Of a stretch of 14,173 nt of DNA, positions 1 through 7,718 are shown piece after piece (position 1 is the first letter of the stretch; the number at the start of each line of letters is the position of its first letter). The translations under genes were made by a program, and so were the position numbers. The notes below the pieces were generated by a model, which made no database searches, was not told the origin of the DNA, and saw only the letters and a list, made by a program, of their open reading frames with translations. Origin of the DNA: Candidatus Thorarchaeota archaeon (GTDB lineage: Archaea > Asgardarchaeota > Thorarchaeia > Thorarchaeales > Thorarchaeaceae); the NCBI GenBank assembly GCA_003345595.1, contig PRDI01000062.1:1-14173 (forward strand), written 5' to 3'.

Positions 1-61
1 TGGCATCGAAACGGAGAGAATGCGCTTGCGTGGCTTCCTAGGCCAAATGGGCGAAAGAAAC

Positions 62-78
62 AGTCACATCATGTGACT
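62..78. promoter_or_regulatory. Perfect 8-1-8 palindrome, candidate transcription-factor operator
   Basis: AGTCACAT-C-ATGTGACT, ending about 30 nt upstream of the TATA box at 109-116. Confidence 0.5.
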
Positions 79-108
79 CTGTGCAGTGACCCCTGAAAGT
101 GGCTTCGC

Positions 109-116
109 TATATATA
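109..116 (+). promoter_or_regulatory. Archaeal TATA box for the micro-ORF operon
   Basis: TATATATA 32 nt upstream of ATG 149, which is the usual archaeal spacing. The motif is symmetric, so it could also serve a divergent gene. Confidence 0.6.
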
Positions 117-148
117 CTCAGTCTGAGCAGCATTACTCGTGAACTAAT

Positions 149-262
149 ATGGCACACGAAGCAAACACTCGAAACACATCTGTTGGGAAGAAGAACACCG
201 GCATCGCAAAGGCCCAGAGCACCGATGCAATCGCCTACGCCTACGCCACTGTTGTGAGGTGA
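149..262 (+). CDS. Micro-protein 1, 37 aa (MAHEANTRNTSVGKKNTGIAKAQSTDAIAYAYATVVR)
   Basis: Hand-translated ATG..TGA, downstream of a TATA box. Shares the MAH start, S-x-D/E-AIA and C-terminal VR with the next ORF. Confidence 0.65.
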   Translation: MAHEANTRNTSVGKKNTGIAKAQSTDAIAYAYATVVR

Positions 263-267
263 ACAAA

Positions 268-375
268 ATGGCTCACATGAAGACTGACATCAATGTTAGG
301 AAGGCCGCAGTCCGCAGAGTCCAGATTTCCGCCGAGGCAATCGCCCTCGTCCGCTTCATAGGGCTTGTAAGGTGA
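268..375 (+). CDS. Micro-protein 2, 35 aa (MAHMKTDINVRKAAVRRVQISAEAIALVRFIGLVR)
   Basis: Shine-Dalgarno (SD) GAGGTGA at 256-262 overlaps the previous stop, lies 5 nt before the ATG and is complementary to this genome's 16S 3' end (TCACCTC). Paralogous to ORF 149-262. Confidence 0.65.
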   Translation: MAHMKTDINVRKAAVRRVQISAEAIALVRFIGLVR

Positions 376-381
376 AACTAA

Positions 382-504
382 ATGAACGTTGATTCTGCCA
401 AGCGACTTAGAGTCCGTCCTACCAGCCTCAATGTGCGGAATCCCAATTCATCCAAGACTCATGTGTTGACTGTGGCTGAGGTTTTCGCGTGGGAGGCAAC
501 GTAA
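382..504 (+). CDS. Micro-protein 3, 40 aa (MNVDSAKRLRVRPTSLNVRNPNSSKTHVLTVAEVFAWEAT)
   Basis: SD AGGTGA at 370-375 overlaps the previous stop, 6 nt before the ATG. NVR and AEVFA echo NVR and AEAIA in ORF 2. Confidence 0.55.
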   Translation: MNVDSAKRLRVRPTSLNVRNPNSSKTHVLTVAEVFAWEAT

Positions 505-520
505 TACCTCCCCTCTGTTT
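491..520 (+). terminator. Terminator-like hairpin with pyrimidine tract
   Basis: GGGAGG (491-496) pairs with CCTCCC (507-512) across the ORF3 stop codon, followed by CTCTGTTT. Confidence 0.35.
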
Positions 521-648
521 ATGCTGAATATGCACGACCCTGAGTTCCGTACTGCTTCTTCTGACTTTGTGATCTTCCATACTTCTGTGTGATTCCGAGG
601 TAATGCATGCCATTGGCTGGCCACTGTCCAGAATCTGCGCATAGAGAG

Positions 649-760
649 TGGTGCCGAGGGAGGGATTCGAACCCACGGACTCCTACGAGAGTGGATTTCT
701 CAGCGGAGTCAGGCGCCGATCTTGAGTCCACCGCCTTTGACCTGACTTGGCAACCTCGGC
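649..760 (-). tRNA. tRNA-Leu(CAA) with 24-nt intron at 37/38 (697-720) and encoded CCA
   Basis: GCCGAGG/CCTCGGC acceptor stem, discriminator A plus CCA, anticodon arm GTGGA-CTCAAG^A-TCCAC, long variable arm, GTTCGAATC T-loop. TATAAA about 30 nt upstream (789-794). Confidence 0.95.
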
Positions 761-904
761 ACGTCGGTCTGCATCTCCTGCTGGTTCGTTTATAGCCGTT
801 TTCCCTTCTTCCTTGCTCATAGTAGAGGAATCAGCCTTCGGCGTAGTTTATCAGCAAGTAATCATATGCCGCAGCCATTTGACCGAACGACTGGAGCTAG
901 CCAT

Positions 905-1690
905 ATGCCGTATATGAAGACTCAAGACTTCTCGATGTACTACGAAACCATCGGGACGGGACCGCCCGTGCTCCTAATACATGGTCTGGGATCTGACCAT
1001 CGCGGGTGGGAATATCAAGAGAACGACTTGAAACAGCATTTCCGTCTGGTAGTGCCTGACCTTCGTGGACACGGTCAATCCGAGGGCGGTTTCACTGACT
1101 TCATCCCGGCACACCAGTTTGCAGAGGACCTAGACCATCTGCTGACCCACCTCCACCTTGACCGAGTACGTGTAGTTGGACATTCATTGGGCGGCATTGT
1201 GGCACAGCAGTTTGTGCTAGACTTTCCCCATCGCGTTGAGAAGCTCGTGCTGGTCGATACCACGCCCAAGGTCACAGAAGAAATCGCCGATGTTGTGTTA
1301 GGCTGGCGTGAGGCACAGCTTGAAGGTGGAAACGAGGCATACTTCTGGGCGACTGTACGGAGCGGTTTCACTCCTCAATGGGTCAAGAACAATCCTGACA
1401 TTGTCAATCATCTGAAAGAGCGAGCTGCCGATATCAAGATAGAAGGAGTTGTTGCTGCAGGTCTTGGCCTTGCAGTGACAGACCTAGTGGATCGCCTTCA
1501 GGAGATATCAGCTCCGACTCTCATACTCCATGGAGATCGTGACGGCATAATCAACATCAAGATGGGAAGGCTCATCAACAAGGGCATAAAAGGTTCGAGT
1601 CTTCACGTCTTCAAGAGATGTGGCCATTCACCGACCGTGGAGAAGCGCGCTGAGTTCAATCGTGCTCTCATATCATATCTGAAGGACTGA
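905..1690 (+). CDS. Alpha/beta-fold hydrolase (enol-lactonase/esterase-like)
   Basis: HGLG oxyanion motif, DLRGHGQS, nucleophile GHSLG, HGDRD acid and terminal GH. Start 905 is preferred over 866 because GGAG precedes it and a TATA-like TTTATC lies near 847. Confidence 0.9.
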   Translation: MPYMKTQDFSMYYETIGTGPPVLLIHGLGSDHRGWEYQENDLKQHFRLVVPDLRGHGQSEGGFTDFIPAHQFAEDLDHLLTHLHLDRVRVVGHSLGGIVAQQFVLDFPHRVEKLVLVDTTPKVTEEIADVVLGWREAQLEGGNEAYFWATVRSGFTPQWVKNNPDIVNHLKERAADIKIEGVVAAGLGLAVTDLVDRLQEISAPTLILHGDRDGIINIKMGRLINKGIKGSSLHVFKRCGHSPTVEKRAEFNRALISYLKD

Positions 1691-1724
1691 TTGCTAAGCG
1701 GGTCCTCTGGAAACTTTCCGGGGT

Positions 1725-2030
1725 CTAGGAAGTCACCTTGTGCATTTCCTCTAGGAACGGCCTGATCTGGCGGTAGAAGTCAGCAATGACCTTGCTCCTT
1801 GCATCCTCTGTTTCCAAGATGAAGAGTCGTATCTGCTGACCGACCCTTATCTCCTTGACAAACCCTATGTCGACGAGGGGCTGCATCACTCTATGGATTG
1901 TGGAATGTGCGAGTCCCGTTTCCTTGGCAATCCTACTCAGGTTGAAGAACTCCTTCGGCCTGTCAAGGAAATGCTGGACGACTCTTGTCTGAGCTCGTGA
2001 GGCAAAGATCTTCTCAAGTAGTTTCTGCAA
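1725..2030 (-). CDS. Winged helix-turn-helix DNA-binding protein
   Basis: FNLSRIAKETGLAHSTIHRVMQPLVDIGFV HTH plus wing. TTG start with AGGAGG SD overlapping the pyrH stop. Confidence 0.8.
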   Translation of the reverse strand: MQKLLEKIFASRAQTRVVQHFLDRPKEFFNLSRIAKETGLAHSTIHRVMQPLVDIGFVKEIRVGQQIRLFILETEDARSKVIADFYRQIRPFLEEMHKVTS

Positions 2031-2044
2031 CTCACAATGCCTCC

Positions 2045-2746
2045 TTAGGTATCTTCCTTTTGACCGTGCACAATTGTGGTCCCAATCTTCTTTCCCTTGA
2101 AGAAACGAAGAAGATTCTCCGGGTCTCTGCCATCAAACACCACGGTTTCAATTTTGGACCGTTCCACAATCCTTACCGCGACCGGGTCGAATAGTTTGTA
2201 CTCCCCTGCACGCGCGCTAGTTGCCGCAAGAATGGTCTTGAGCTGCTTGATGTCGACTGTGTCTAGCTTCTTGGCGCCGGGCTTGTCAGGGTCTTTGTCA
2301 TAGACTCCATCGACATCAGTAGCATTCAGAAGCTTGGCACCTCGTACCACTTCCGCCGCAAGAGCAGCCACTGCGTTCGTCGACTGCCCAGGAGTCAGTC
2401 CCCCCATCAAGACAACCCTCCCGGAGCACATTGCTGTTTCAAGTTCATCTAGGCCTTCGACGACTCTTGGATATGCCGCTTCGCCTAGAGCCACGCAGAG
2501 CAGTTCCGCGTTGTGACGAGCGAGTTTAATCCCAAGCCAGTCACACTGCGTTTCAGTTGCGCCAAGATCCCGGGCAGCACCTATGAACGTTCGTGCTGGT
2601 TTCCCTCCTCCCACAACTATCACCAGCTGGTGTCCCTCCTTCAGCAGAGCCCTCACTGACACGGCGTACTTCGTAATCCTATCGGTGAGCACCTTGCCTG
2701 TGTCATCGTAGAGAAGCGAGCCTCCAATCTTGAGAACCGCGCGCAT
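2045..2746 (-). CDS. pyrH: Uridylate (UMP) kinase, archaeal type
   Basis: VLKIGGS, VVGGG, D-x-LGI, PGQST, ATDVDGVYDKDP and GTTI motifs. Start set at MRAVLK with GGAG upstream. Confidence 0.93.
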   Translation of the reverse strand: MRAVLKIGGSLLYDDTGKVLTDRITKYAVSVRALLKEGHQLVIVVGGGKPARTFIGAARDLGATETQCDWLGIKLARHNAELLCVALGEAAYPRVVEGLDELETAMCSGRVVLMGGLTPGQSTNAVAALAAEVVRGAKLLNATDVDGVYDKDPDKPGAKKLDTVDIKQLKTILAATSARAGEYKLFDPVAVRIVERSKIETVVFDGRDPENLLRFFKGKKIGTTIVHGQKEDT

Positions 2747-3097
2747 ATTCTGCTCTCCACTGCGCTGTCCAAACAAACAAACATTCTGTGGGCTCCTAAA
2801 GAAGCTTTCTTGAATGGAAAGAACTGTTCGATATTTCGCTAGTCCTCCTTAGCACCCAAGATAGATGGGGCGGGCTTTTTGTTCTCTGTGACGCAGCCAA
2901 CGACTAGTAGGCAGAATCGGACACCGTGGATCTTGTGCAGGTCCATTCATTGCAGGTCGCCAGAATCTGTGGGCTGCATATACGCTGCAGAGCTCGTGGG
3001 CAAGTGCCATTGCCCACAATCCTTTTAGCAGGAGGGCATTGTTCGACTCGGGAGCGGGCCATGCCGGGCCCTTTCGTTATCAAGGAGTCCGAGTGTC

Positions 3098-5572
3098 TTG
3101 TCGAAGTATGTGCCGAGGATCACGTCTAATCGCTGGACCCCCGATGATGAGGCTGTTCTGCTAGAAGACTGGTTCAAGGACAACGTATATGCCTTTGATT
3201 CAAAGAGCAGGAAGAAGATCTACTCGGTAGACACTCCTCCGCCTTATCTTTCCGGACACGTGCACATCGGCCAGCTGTTGCACTACACGCAGATTGACAC
3301 AATTGCAAGATACAGACGCATGCAGGGGCTTGAGGTGAACTTCCCCTTGGGCATCGACCGCAACGGTCTTCCGGTCGAGCTCCGTGTCGAGAAAGAGTTC
3401 GGCATGAATATGCACACGACACCGCGTGCAGAGTTCGTTCAGAAATGCAAGGAACAGCTCGATCTATACGAGGACGAGGTGGTTGAGAGCTTCAAGAGAA
3501 TGGGCATCGGCTTCAACACGTATGATGACCAGGGTAGCTACAGGACTGACAGCCCAGAGTACAGAGCTGTGACCCAAGCGACCTTCATCGGCCTCTGGAA
3601 CCAAGGTCTGGTCTACAGCGACTACAGACCAAACAACTGGTGCTTTGAATGTGGCACAACAATCGCAGACGCTGAAGTGGAATACGATGAGCGTCCAGCG
3701 ACTCTGAACTATCTCTACTTCCAAGTGGATGGAATGGACCCCATCAAGATTGCCACAACACGTCCAGAGCTCTTGTGCGCCTGTGGTGCGGTCTTTGTAC
3801 ATCCTGCAGATGAACGCTATCATGGCTATGGAGGCAAGAAGGCTCGAGTGCCCATCTTCAACCTAGAGGTGCCGATTATTGAAAGCGCGACAGCCCAGAT
3901 TGAGTTCGGTACGGGTGCGTTAATGGTGTGCAGTTACGGCGACATGGCTGACGTGATGGCTTTCCGCGATTACGCATTGAAGACAATCGCTGCAGTCTCT
4001 CCTGATGGCAAGATGACCTCGGCCGCAGGCAAGTATGCCGGGTTCACCACTGAGGATGCAAGAAGGCAGATCATCGAAGACCTCAAGGCGCAGGGAATCT
4101 TGTACAAACAGGAGGCAATCAACCAGAGGGTGCCTATCTGCTGGCGGAGCAAGACCCCAATAGAGTTCATCGCCATGGACGAGTACTATCTGCGCCAAGC
4201 CGAGTTCACAGAGGCCTTGATGAAGATCGCAAGGGAAACCAAGTTCTATCCTGAATCTCACAGGCAGATACTGATTGACTGGATCAACAGGGTCACCGTG
4301 GATTGGCCAGTCAGCAGACGAAGGTACTACGGGACAGAGATGCCAATCTGGTACTGTAACGCCTGTGGTAAGCCAGTCGTGCCTGAGCCCGGGGAACTCA
4401 AGTACTACCAGCCGTGGCGAGAGGACCCCCCATTCAGCAAGTGCCCAAAGTGCGGCGGCCAGAAGGGATTCAAAGGTGAGGACAGGACATTCGACACCTG
4501 GATGGATTCATCAATCTCGGGTCTCCAAATAATCGGATACATGCGAGATCAGGCGCTGTTCAAGAAGGCATTTGGCAGAGTCATCAGGACGCAGGGAAAG
4601 GACATTGTCCGCACATGGCTGTTCTACTCACTCCTCAGGACCTACCAGCTGCTGAAGAAGCCCGCATTCAACGAAATCTGGGTGTCTGGACATGTGGTGG
4701 ACGAGAAGGGCGAGAAGATGAGCAAGTCTAAGGGCAATTCTCCGCCGCCGGGTCCTTTTATCAGTAAATACGGCGCAGACGCCATGCGACTCTTTGGTGT
4801 GCTCGAGGCCGGATTGGGCAGTGACGTACGCTTCTCGGAGGACAGGCTTTCGGGTGTGTCAAAGTTCATGACCAAACTATGGAACATAGGTCGTTTTGTG
4901 TCCATGTTCTCATTCCCTGAAGGGATTCCATTTGAGGAGCTTACCCCTGTTGATCAGTGGGTACTTGCAGAGGCCAACAAGATGGTCGAGGGAATAGCGC
5001 CTGATTGCGAGCTGCTTGACTTCCATAAGCCTGCGACTGACGTGAAGACCTTTGCATGGAGTTTCCTTGCTGACCATGTGCTGGAGATGCTGAAGGGTCG
5101 CTGCTTCAACAGCGAGAACCAGTTCACTCCAGACGAGCAACGCTCGGCATGGTTTGCCCTACACGAGGCATTGAGGACAGTGTTGAAGGCTCTGGCCCCG
5201 GTCACCCCGTTCATCACTGACAGAATATACAGAGATCTGTACAACAAGAAGGGTGTTCACCGGGAGAGGTTTCCAGTGCCAGATAATGATTGGCAGTCTC
5301 CTCTGACCAAGCACACGAATCTTCTACTCCAGACTAATGCAGGTTTCTGGAAGTTCAAGCGTGATAATGGCCTGTCACTCAGGCAAGGCATACCTGAGGC
5401 TTGCATATCCGGGAAGCTGAAACCGTGGGCAAAGGATCTTCAGGCGATGCATGGAATTGGGAAGCTAAGGTTCACGAAGCCCAAGGGCGGAGGCTTTGTC
5501 GAAGTGAGCTTGTCAGAGTCCGATGAGGTCATCTATGTGAGGCTGCCTCAACCTACAACATCTGGTTCCTGA
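3098..5572 (+). CDS. valS: Valyl-tRNA synthetase (archaeal type)
   Basis: DTPPPY-SG-H-HIGQ (HIGH-like), IATTRPELL editing domain, DWPVSRRRYYG, DTWMDSS, QGKDI and KMSKSKGN. Confidence 0.95.
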   Translation: MSKYVPRITSNRWTPDDEAVLLEDWFKDNVYAFDSKSRKKIYSVDTPPPYLSGHVHIGQLLHYTQIDTIARYRRMQGLEVNFPLGIDRNGLPVELRVEKEFGMNMHTTPRAEFVQKCKEQLDLYEDEVVESFKRMGIGFNTYDDQGSYRTDSPEYRAVTQATFIGLWNQGLVYSDYRPNNWCFECGTTIADAEVEYDERPATLNYLYFQVDGMDPIKIATTRPELLCACGAVFVHPADERYHGYGGKKARVPIFNLEVPIIESATAQIEFGTGALMVCSYGDMADVMAFRDYALKTIAAVSPDGKMTSAAGKYAGFTTEDARRQIIEDLKAQGILYKQEAINQRVPICWRSKTPIEFIAMDEYYLRQAEFTEALMKIARETKFYPESHRQILIDWINRVTVDWPVSRRRYYGTEMPIWYCNACGKPVVPEPGELKYYQPWREDPPFSKCPKCGGQKGFKGEDRTFDTWMDSSISGLQIIGYMRDQALFKKAFGRVIRTQGKDIVRTWLFYSLLRTYQLLKKPAFNEIWVSGHVVDEKGEKMSKSKGNSPPPGPFISKYGADAMRLFGVLEAGLGSDVRFSEDRLSGVSKFMTKLWNIGRFVSMFSFPEGIPFEELTPVDQWVLAEANKMVEGIAPDCELLDFHKPATDVKTFAWSFLADHVLEMLKGRCFNSENQFTPDEQRSAWFALHEALRTVLKALAPVTPFITDRIYRDLYNKKGVHRERFPVPDNDWQSPLTKHTNLLLQTNAGFWKFKRDNGLSLRQGIPEACISGKLKPWAKDLQAMHGIGKLRFTKPKGGGFVEVSLSESDEVIYVRLPQPTTSGS

Positions 5573-5595
5573 GTAGCACTGGTATCGTATCTGCC

Positions 5596-6030
5596 TCAGC
5601 CCACAATAACGATATTCTCGTGCTCCGTGGGGCACTTCATACTGTTCGAAACCAGACAGTACTTGGCTGCCAGTTCCAGTGCTCTCTCTGCTTTTGGTTT
5701 CGTTTCCTTAGAGTCTACGACCACCCTCGTCTTCAACAGGAGCTTCGTGAACTCGAAGCCTCTCTCGAGCTTCTCAAGTGTGCCCGTCCCCTGACAGGAG
5801 AAGGACTCGAAGTCAAAGCGCATTCTCTTTGAGAAAGTAGCAAAAGTGGTCATGAAACAGGATGTGGCCGCTGCGACGAAAAGGTCCTCTGGTGAAATGA
5901 TTCCCTCTGGTCCCTCAAACTCTGGCGGCGCCGAAACCTTCGTTGTGGGCTTTCCTTCAATGAGAAGGTCGCCAACGCGATCATCTGTCCAGTCTACTTG
6001 TACGTGGTACTCGTGCGACTCTTGGCTCAA
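5596..6030 (-). CDS. OsmC/Ohr-family protein (copy 2)
   Basis: PPEFEG..SPEDLF..A..SCF and KYCLVSNS, the two conserved Cys. TTG start at 6030 is preceded by AGGTGAGG; the track start at 6063 is probably too long. Confidence 0.88.
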   Translation of the reverse strand: MSQESHEYHVQVDWTDDRVGDLLIEGKPTTKVSAPPEFEGPEGIISPEDLFVAAATSCFMTTFATFSKRMRFDFESFSCQGTGTLEKLERGFEFTKLLLKTRVVVDSKETKPKAERALELAAKYCLVSNSMKCPTEHENIVIVG

Positions 6031-6094
6031 GATCCTCACCTGAATGCACACTGGAAGCTCCACGAAAAAGCGTTTGGGTCTGGTTCCTCATCTG

Positions 6095-6535
6095 CTATCG
6101 GACGACTATCTCATTCTCATACTCTTTGGGGCATTTCATACTGTTTGCAACATAGCAGTACTTTGCTCCGAGTTCCAATGCCCTAGCCATCTTGCTTCTC
6201 AGGTCCTCCGATTCTATGACGACCTTGGTCTTCATGTGCAGATGAGTGATCTCGTAGCTCTGTCCCACTTTCTCCAGAAGTCCCTTTGCTTCCACCTCGA
6301 AGGACTCGAATCTGATATGCATCTTCTCCGTGAAGACAACAAAGGAGTTCATGAAACAGACAGAAGCTGAAGCCACGAACAGGTCTTCCGGGGAATGAAA
6401 CTCTTTGGTCCCACCGAACTCCGGAGGACTTCCAGTCCTTATTGTTGGCTTGTTACTGACCAGCACATCACCCGATTTGCCACCGGTCCAGACCACTCTC
6501 ACCAAGTACTCACGAGATTGATCACTCAATGACAT
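6095..6535 (-). CDS. OsmC/Ohr-family protein (copy 1)
   Basis: PPEFGG..SPEDLF..CF and KYCYVANS. Clear paralog of the adjacent gene. Confidence 0.88.
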   Translation of the reverse strand: MSLSDQSREYLVRVVWTGGKSGDVLVSNKPTIRTGSPPEFGGTKEFHSPEDLFVASASVCFMNSFVVFTEKMHIRFESFEVEAKGLLEKVGQSYEITHLHMKTKVVIESEDLRSKMARALELGAKYCYVANSMKCPKEYENEIVVR

Positions 6536-6679
6536 CACTTGAGTGACCGTGGTGATTTCCTGTTTGAATAAGGTTTGGGCACGTTCATCTCACATCAACA
6601 TTCACAGCTTCCTTGCACTGACCGCGAGGAAGACGGGGATGCGCCTCTGTTTATCAAAGAACTCATTGGACGACGTGCA

Positions 6680-6754
6680 TGGTGGACCAGGCGAGAATCG
6701 AACTCGCGACCTTCTGAATGCGAATCAGACATTCTACCACTGAACTACTGGCCC
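6680..6754 (-). tRNA. tRNA-Ala(CGC) with encoded CCA
   Basis: GGGCCAG/CTGGTCC acceptor stem with the G3:U70 Ala identity pair, TCTGA-TTCGCAT-TCAGA anticodon arm, GTTCGATTC T-loop. TTTTAAG about 30 nt upstream. Confidence 0.96.
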
Positions 6755-6801
6755 GCTTGTTCCAGGCTCATCGTACGGGCAGTTCTTAAAACCTTGTCTG
6801 C

Positions 6802-7095
6802 TCAAATCTCGATGCCGAACGCTTCGGAGAAATGCTCTACTCTCACGAACTCTCTAAGAAAGTCACGTCCCTTCTCGGTGAGTACATACATCCGGCTGTC
6901 CTCGCTGTCCTGTGACTCCAGCACAAGCGCTTTCGCGACCAGTTCGTCAAGATACTGTGTGAGCCTGTCATGGGAGAGATTAGCACCGTAGAGGATCTTT
7001 GTGGGTCCCGCTCCGTTCTCACCTTCACTCTGGATGGCGCGCATCATGTCCGCGAGGATGCGCATCTTTGAACGGTAGGGTTTCTTCGACCTCAT
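6802..7095 (-). CDS. Small archaeal wHTH transcriptional regulator
   Basis: RSKMRILADMM..PTKILYGANLS..YLDELV..Y-LTEKGRDFL, a typical archaeal small wHTH pattern. ATGA overlap with the upstream gene. Confidence 0.85.
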   Translation of the reverse strand: MRSKKPYRSKMRILADMMRAIQSEGENGAGPTKILYGANLSHDRLTQYLDELVAKALVLESQDSEDSRMYVLTEKGRDFLREFVRVEHFSEAFGIEI

Positions 7096-7718
7096 GCCTC
7101 TCGGCCCGCCTTGACCAACATGACCAAGAGCGCGATGAATCCTAAGAACTGGAATACTTGACTAAGAGCATAGCCTCGCACGTCGTCCTGTGATGGTATT
7201 GCCGACACATGGCTCAGGAGCAAGAACGAGAAGCCGACAAGTACGTAGAGGGCGTATTTGGTCCTGACGTTGAGGTAGTTGACAGTCGACTGTAGGACTA
7301 CGACCAGCAGCACTATGATTGCTACCATGTCAAGGTTCGGGTCAACGAGAACGGGAAGAGCCATCAACATGGGGAGGATAGTCGGGCGGCCTCCAAGAGT
7401 GGGGCGGGTGGAAACCGCAAACAGGATGTAGGCCATCACCTTCATCGCACCATACGCTATGGTGACAACAACGATTAAGCTGTTCCCACTGGAAGGGTCC
7501 CCTCCGTCCGAACTGAGCACGAAGAAATACCATGTACCGATGACTCGTCCGAACATGGCAGCTGAGAGTACGAGAAACCCTGTCGAGAGGTCTGACAGCC
7601 TCTTCTGACCAGTCAGCCTGTAGGCCTTGCTCGCATAGTGGCTGAGTGCAAGGGCGATTAGGCCTGCAATCGACTCAAGCAGGAGGTCCACCCTTATCAA
7701 TGCGAGCAGGGCCTGCAT
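7092..7718 (-). CDS. Multi-pass integral membrane protein (about 6-7 TM), function unknown
   Basis: Repeated hydrophobic segments of about 20 aa with short loops. AGGAG upstream; coupled to the wHTH gene. Confidence 0.8.
   Translation of the reverse strand: MQALLALIRVDLLLESIAGLIALALSHYASKAYRLTGQKRLSDLSTGFLVLSAAMFGRVIGTWYFFVLSSDGGDPSSGNSLIVVVTIAYGAMKVMAYILFAVSTRPTLGGRPTILPMLMALPVLVDPNLDMVAIIVLLVVVLQSTVNYLNVRTKYALYVLVGFSFLLLSHVSAIPSQDDVRGYALSQVFQFLGFIALLVMLVKAGREA

Noticed and set aside
139-390. CRISPR array interpretation of the junction repeats
   Set aside because: Repeats are short and degenerate, spacing is over 110 nt, and the intervening DNA is homologous open reading frame.
428-795. 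Track ORFs 428-676, 448-642, 519-731 and 607-795
   Set aside because: They overlap the tRNA-Leu or lie antisense to micro-ORF3, and show no motifs.
2800-3097. T-box riboswitch upstream of valS; track ORF 2926-3129
   Set aside because: No GGTGGNACC T-box consensus or terminator is present. The ORF overlaps valS and has no recognisable features.
3254-3275. HIGQ instead of HIGH in ValRS as a sign of inactivation
   Set aside because: The last position of the motif varies in class I synthetases, and all other motifs are intact.
3174-5247. Short antisense or alternate-frame ORFs within valS
   Set aside because: Shadow frames of a well-supported gene.
6543-6991. Track ORFs 6543-6743 and 6575-6991
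   Set aside because: Antisense to tRNA-Ala and the wHTH gene.
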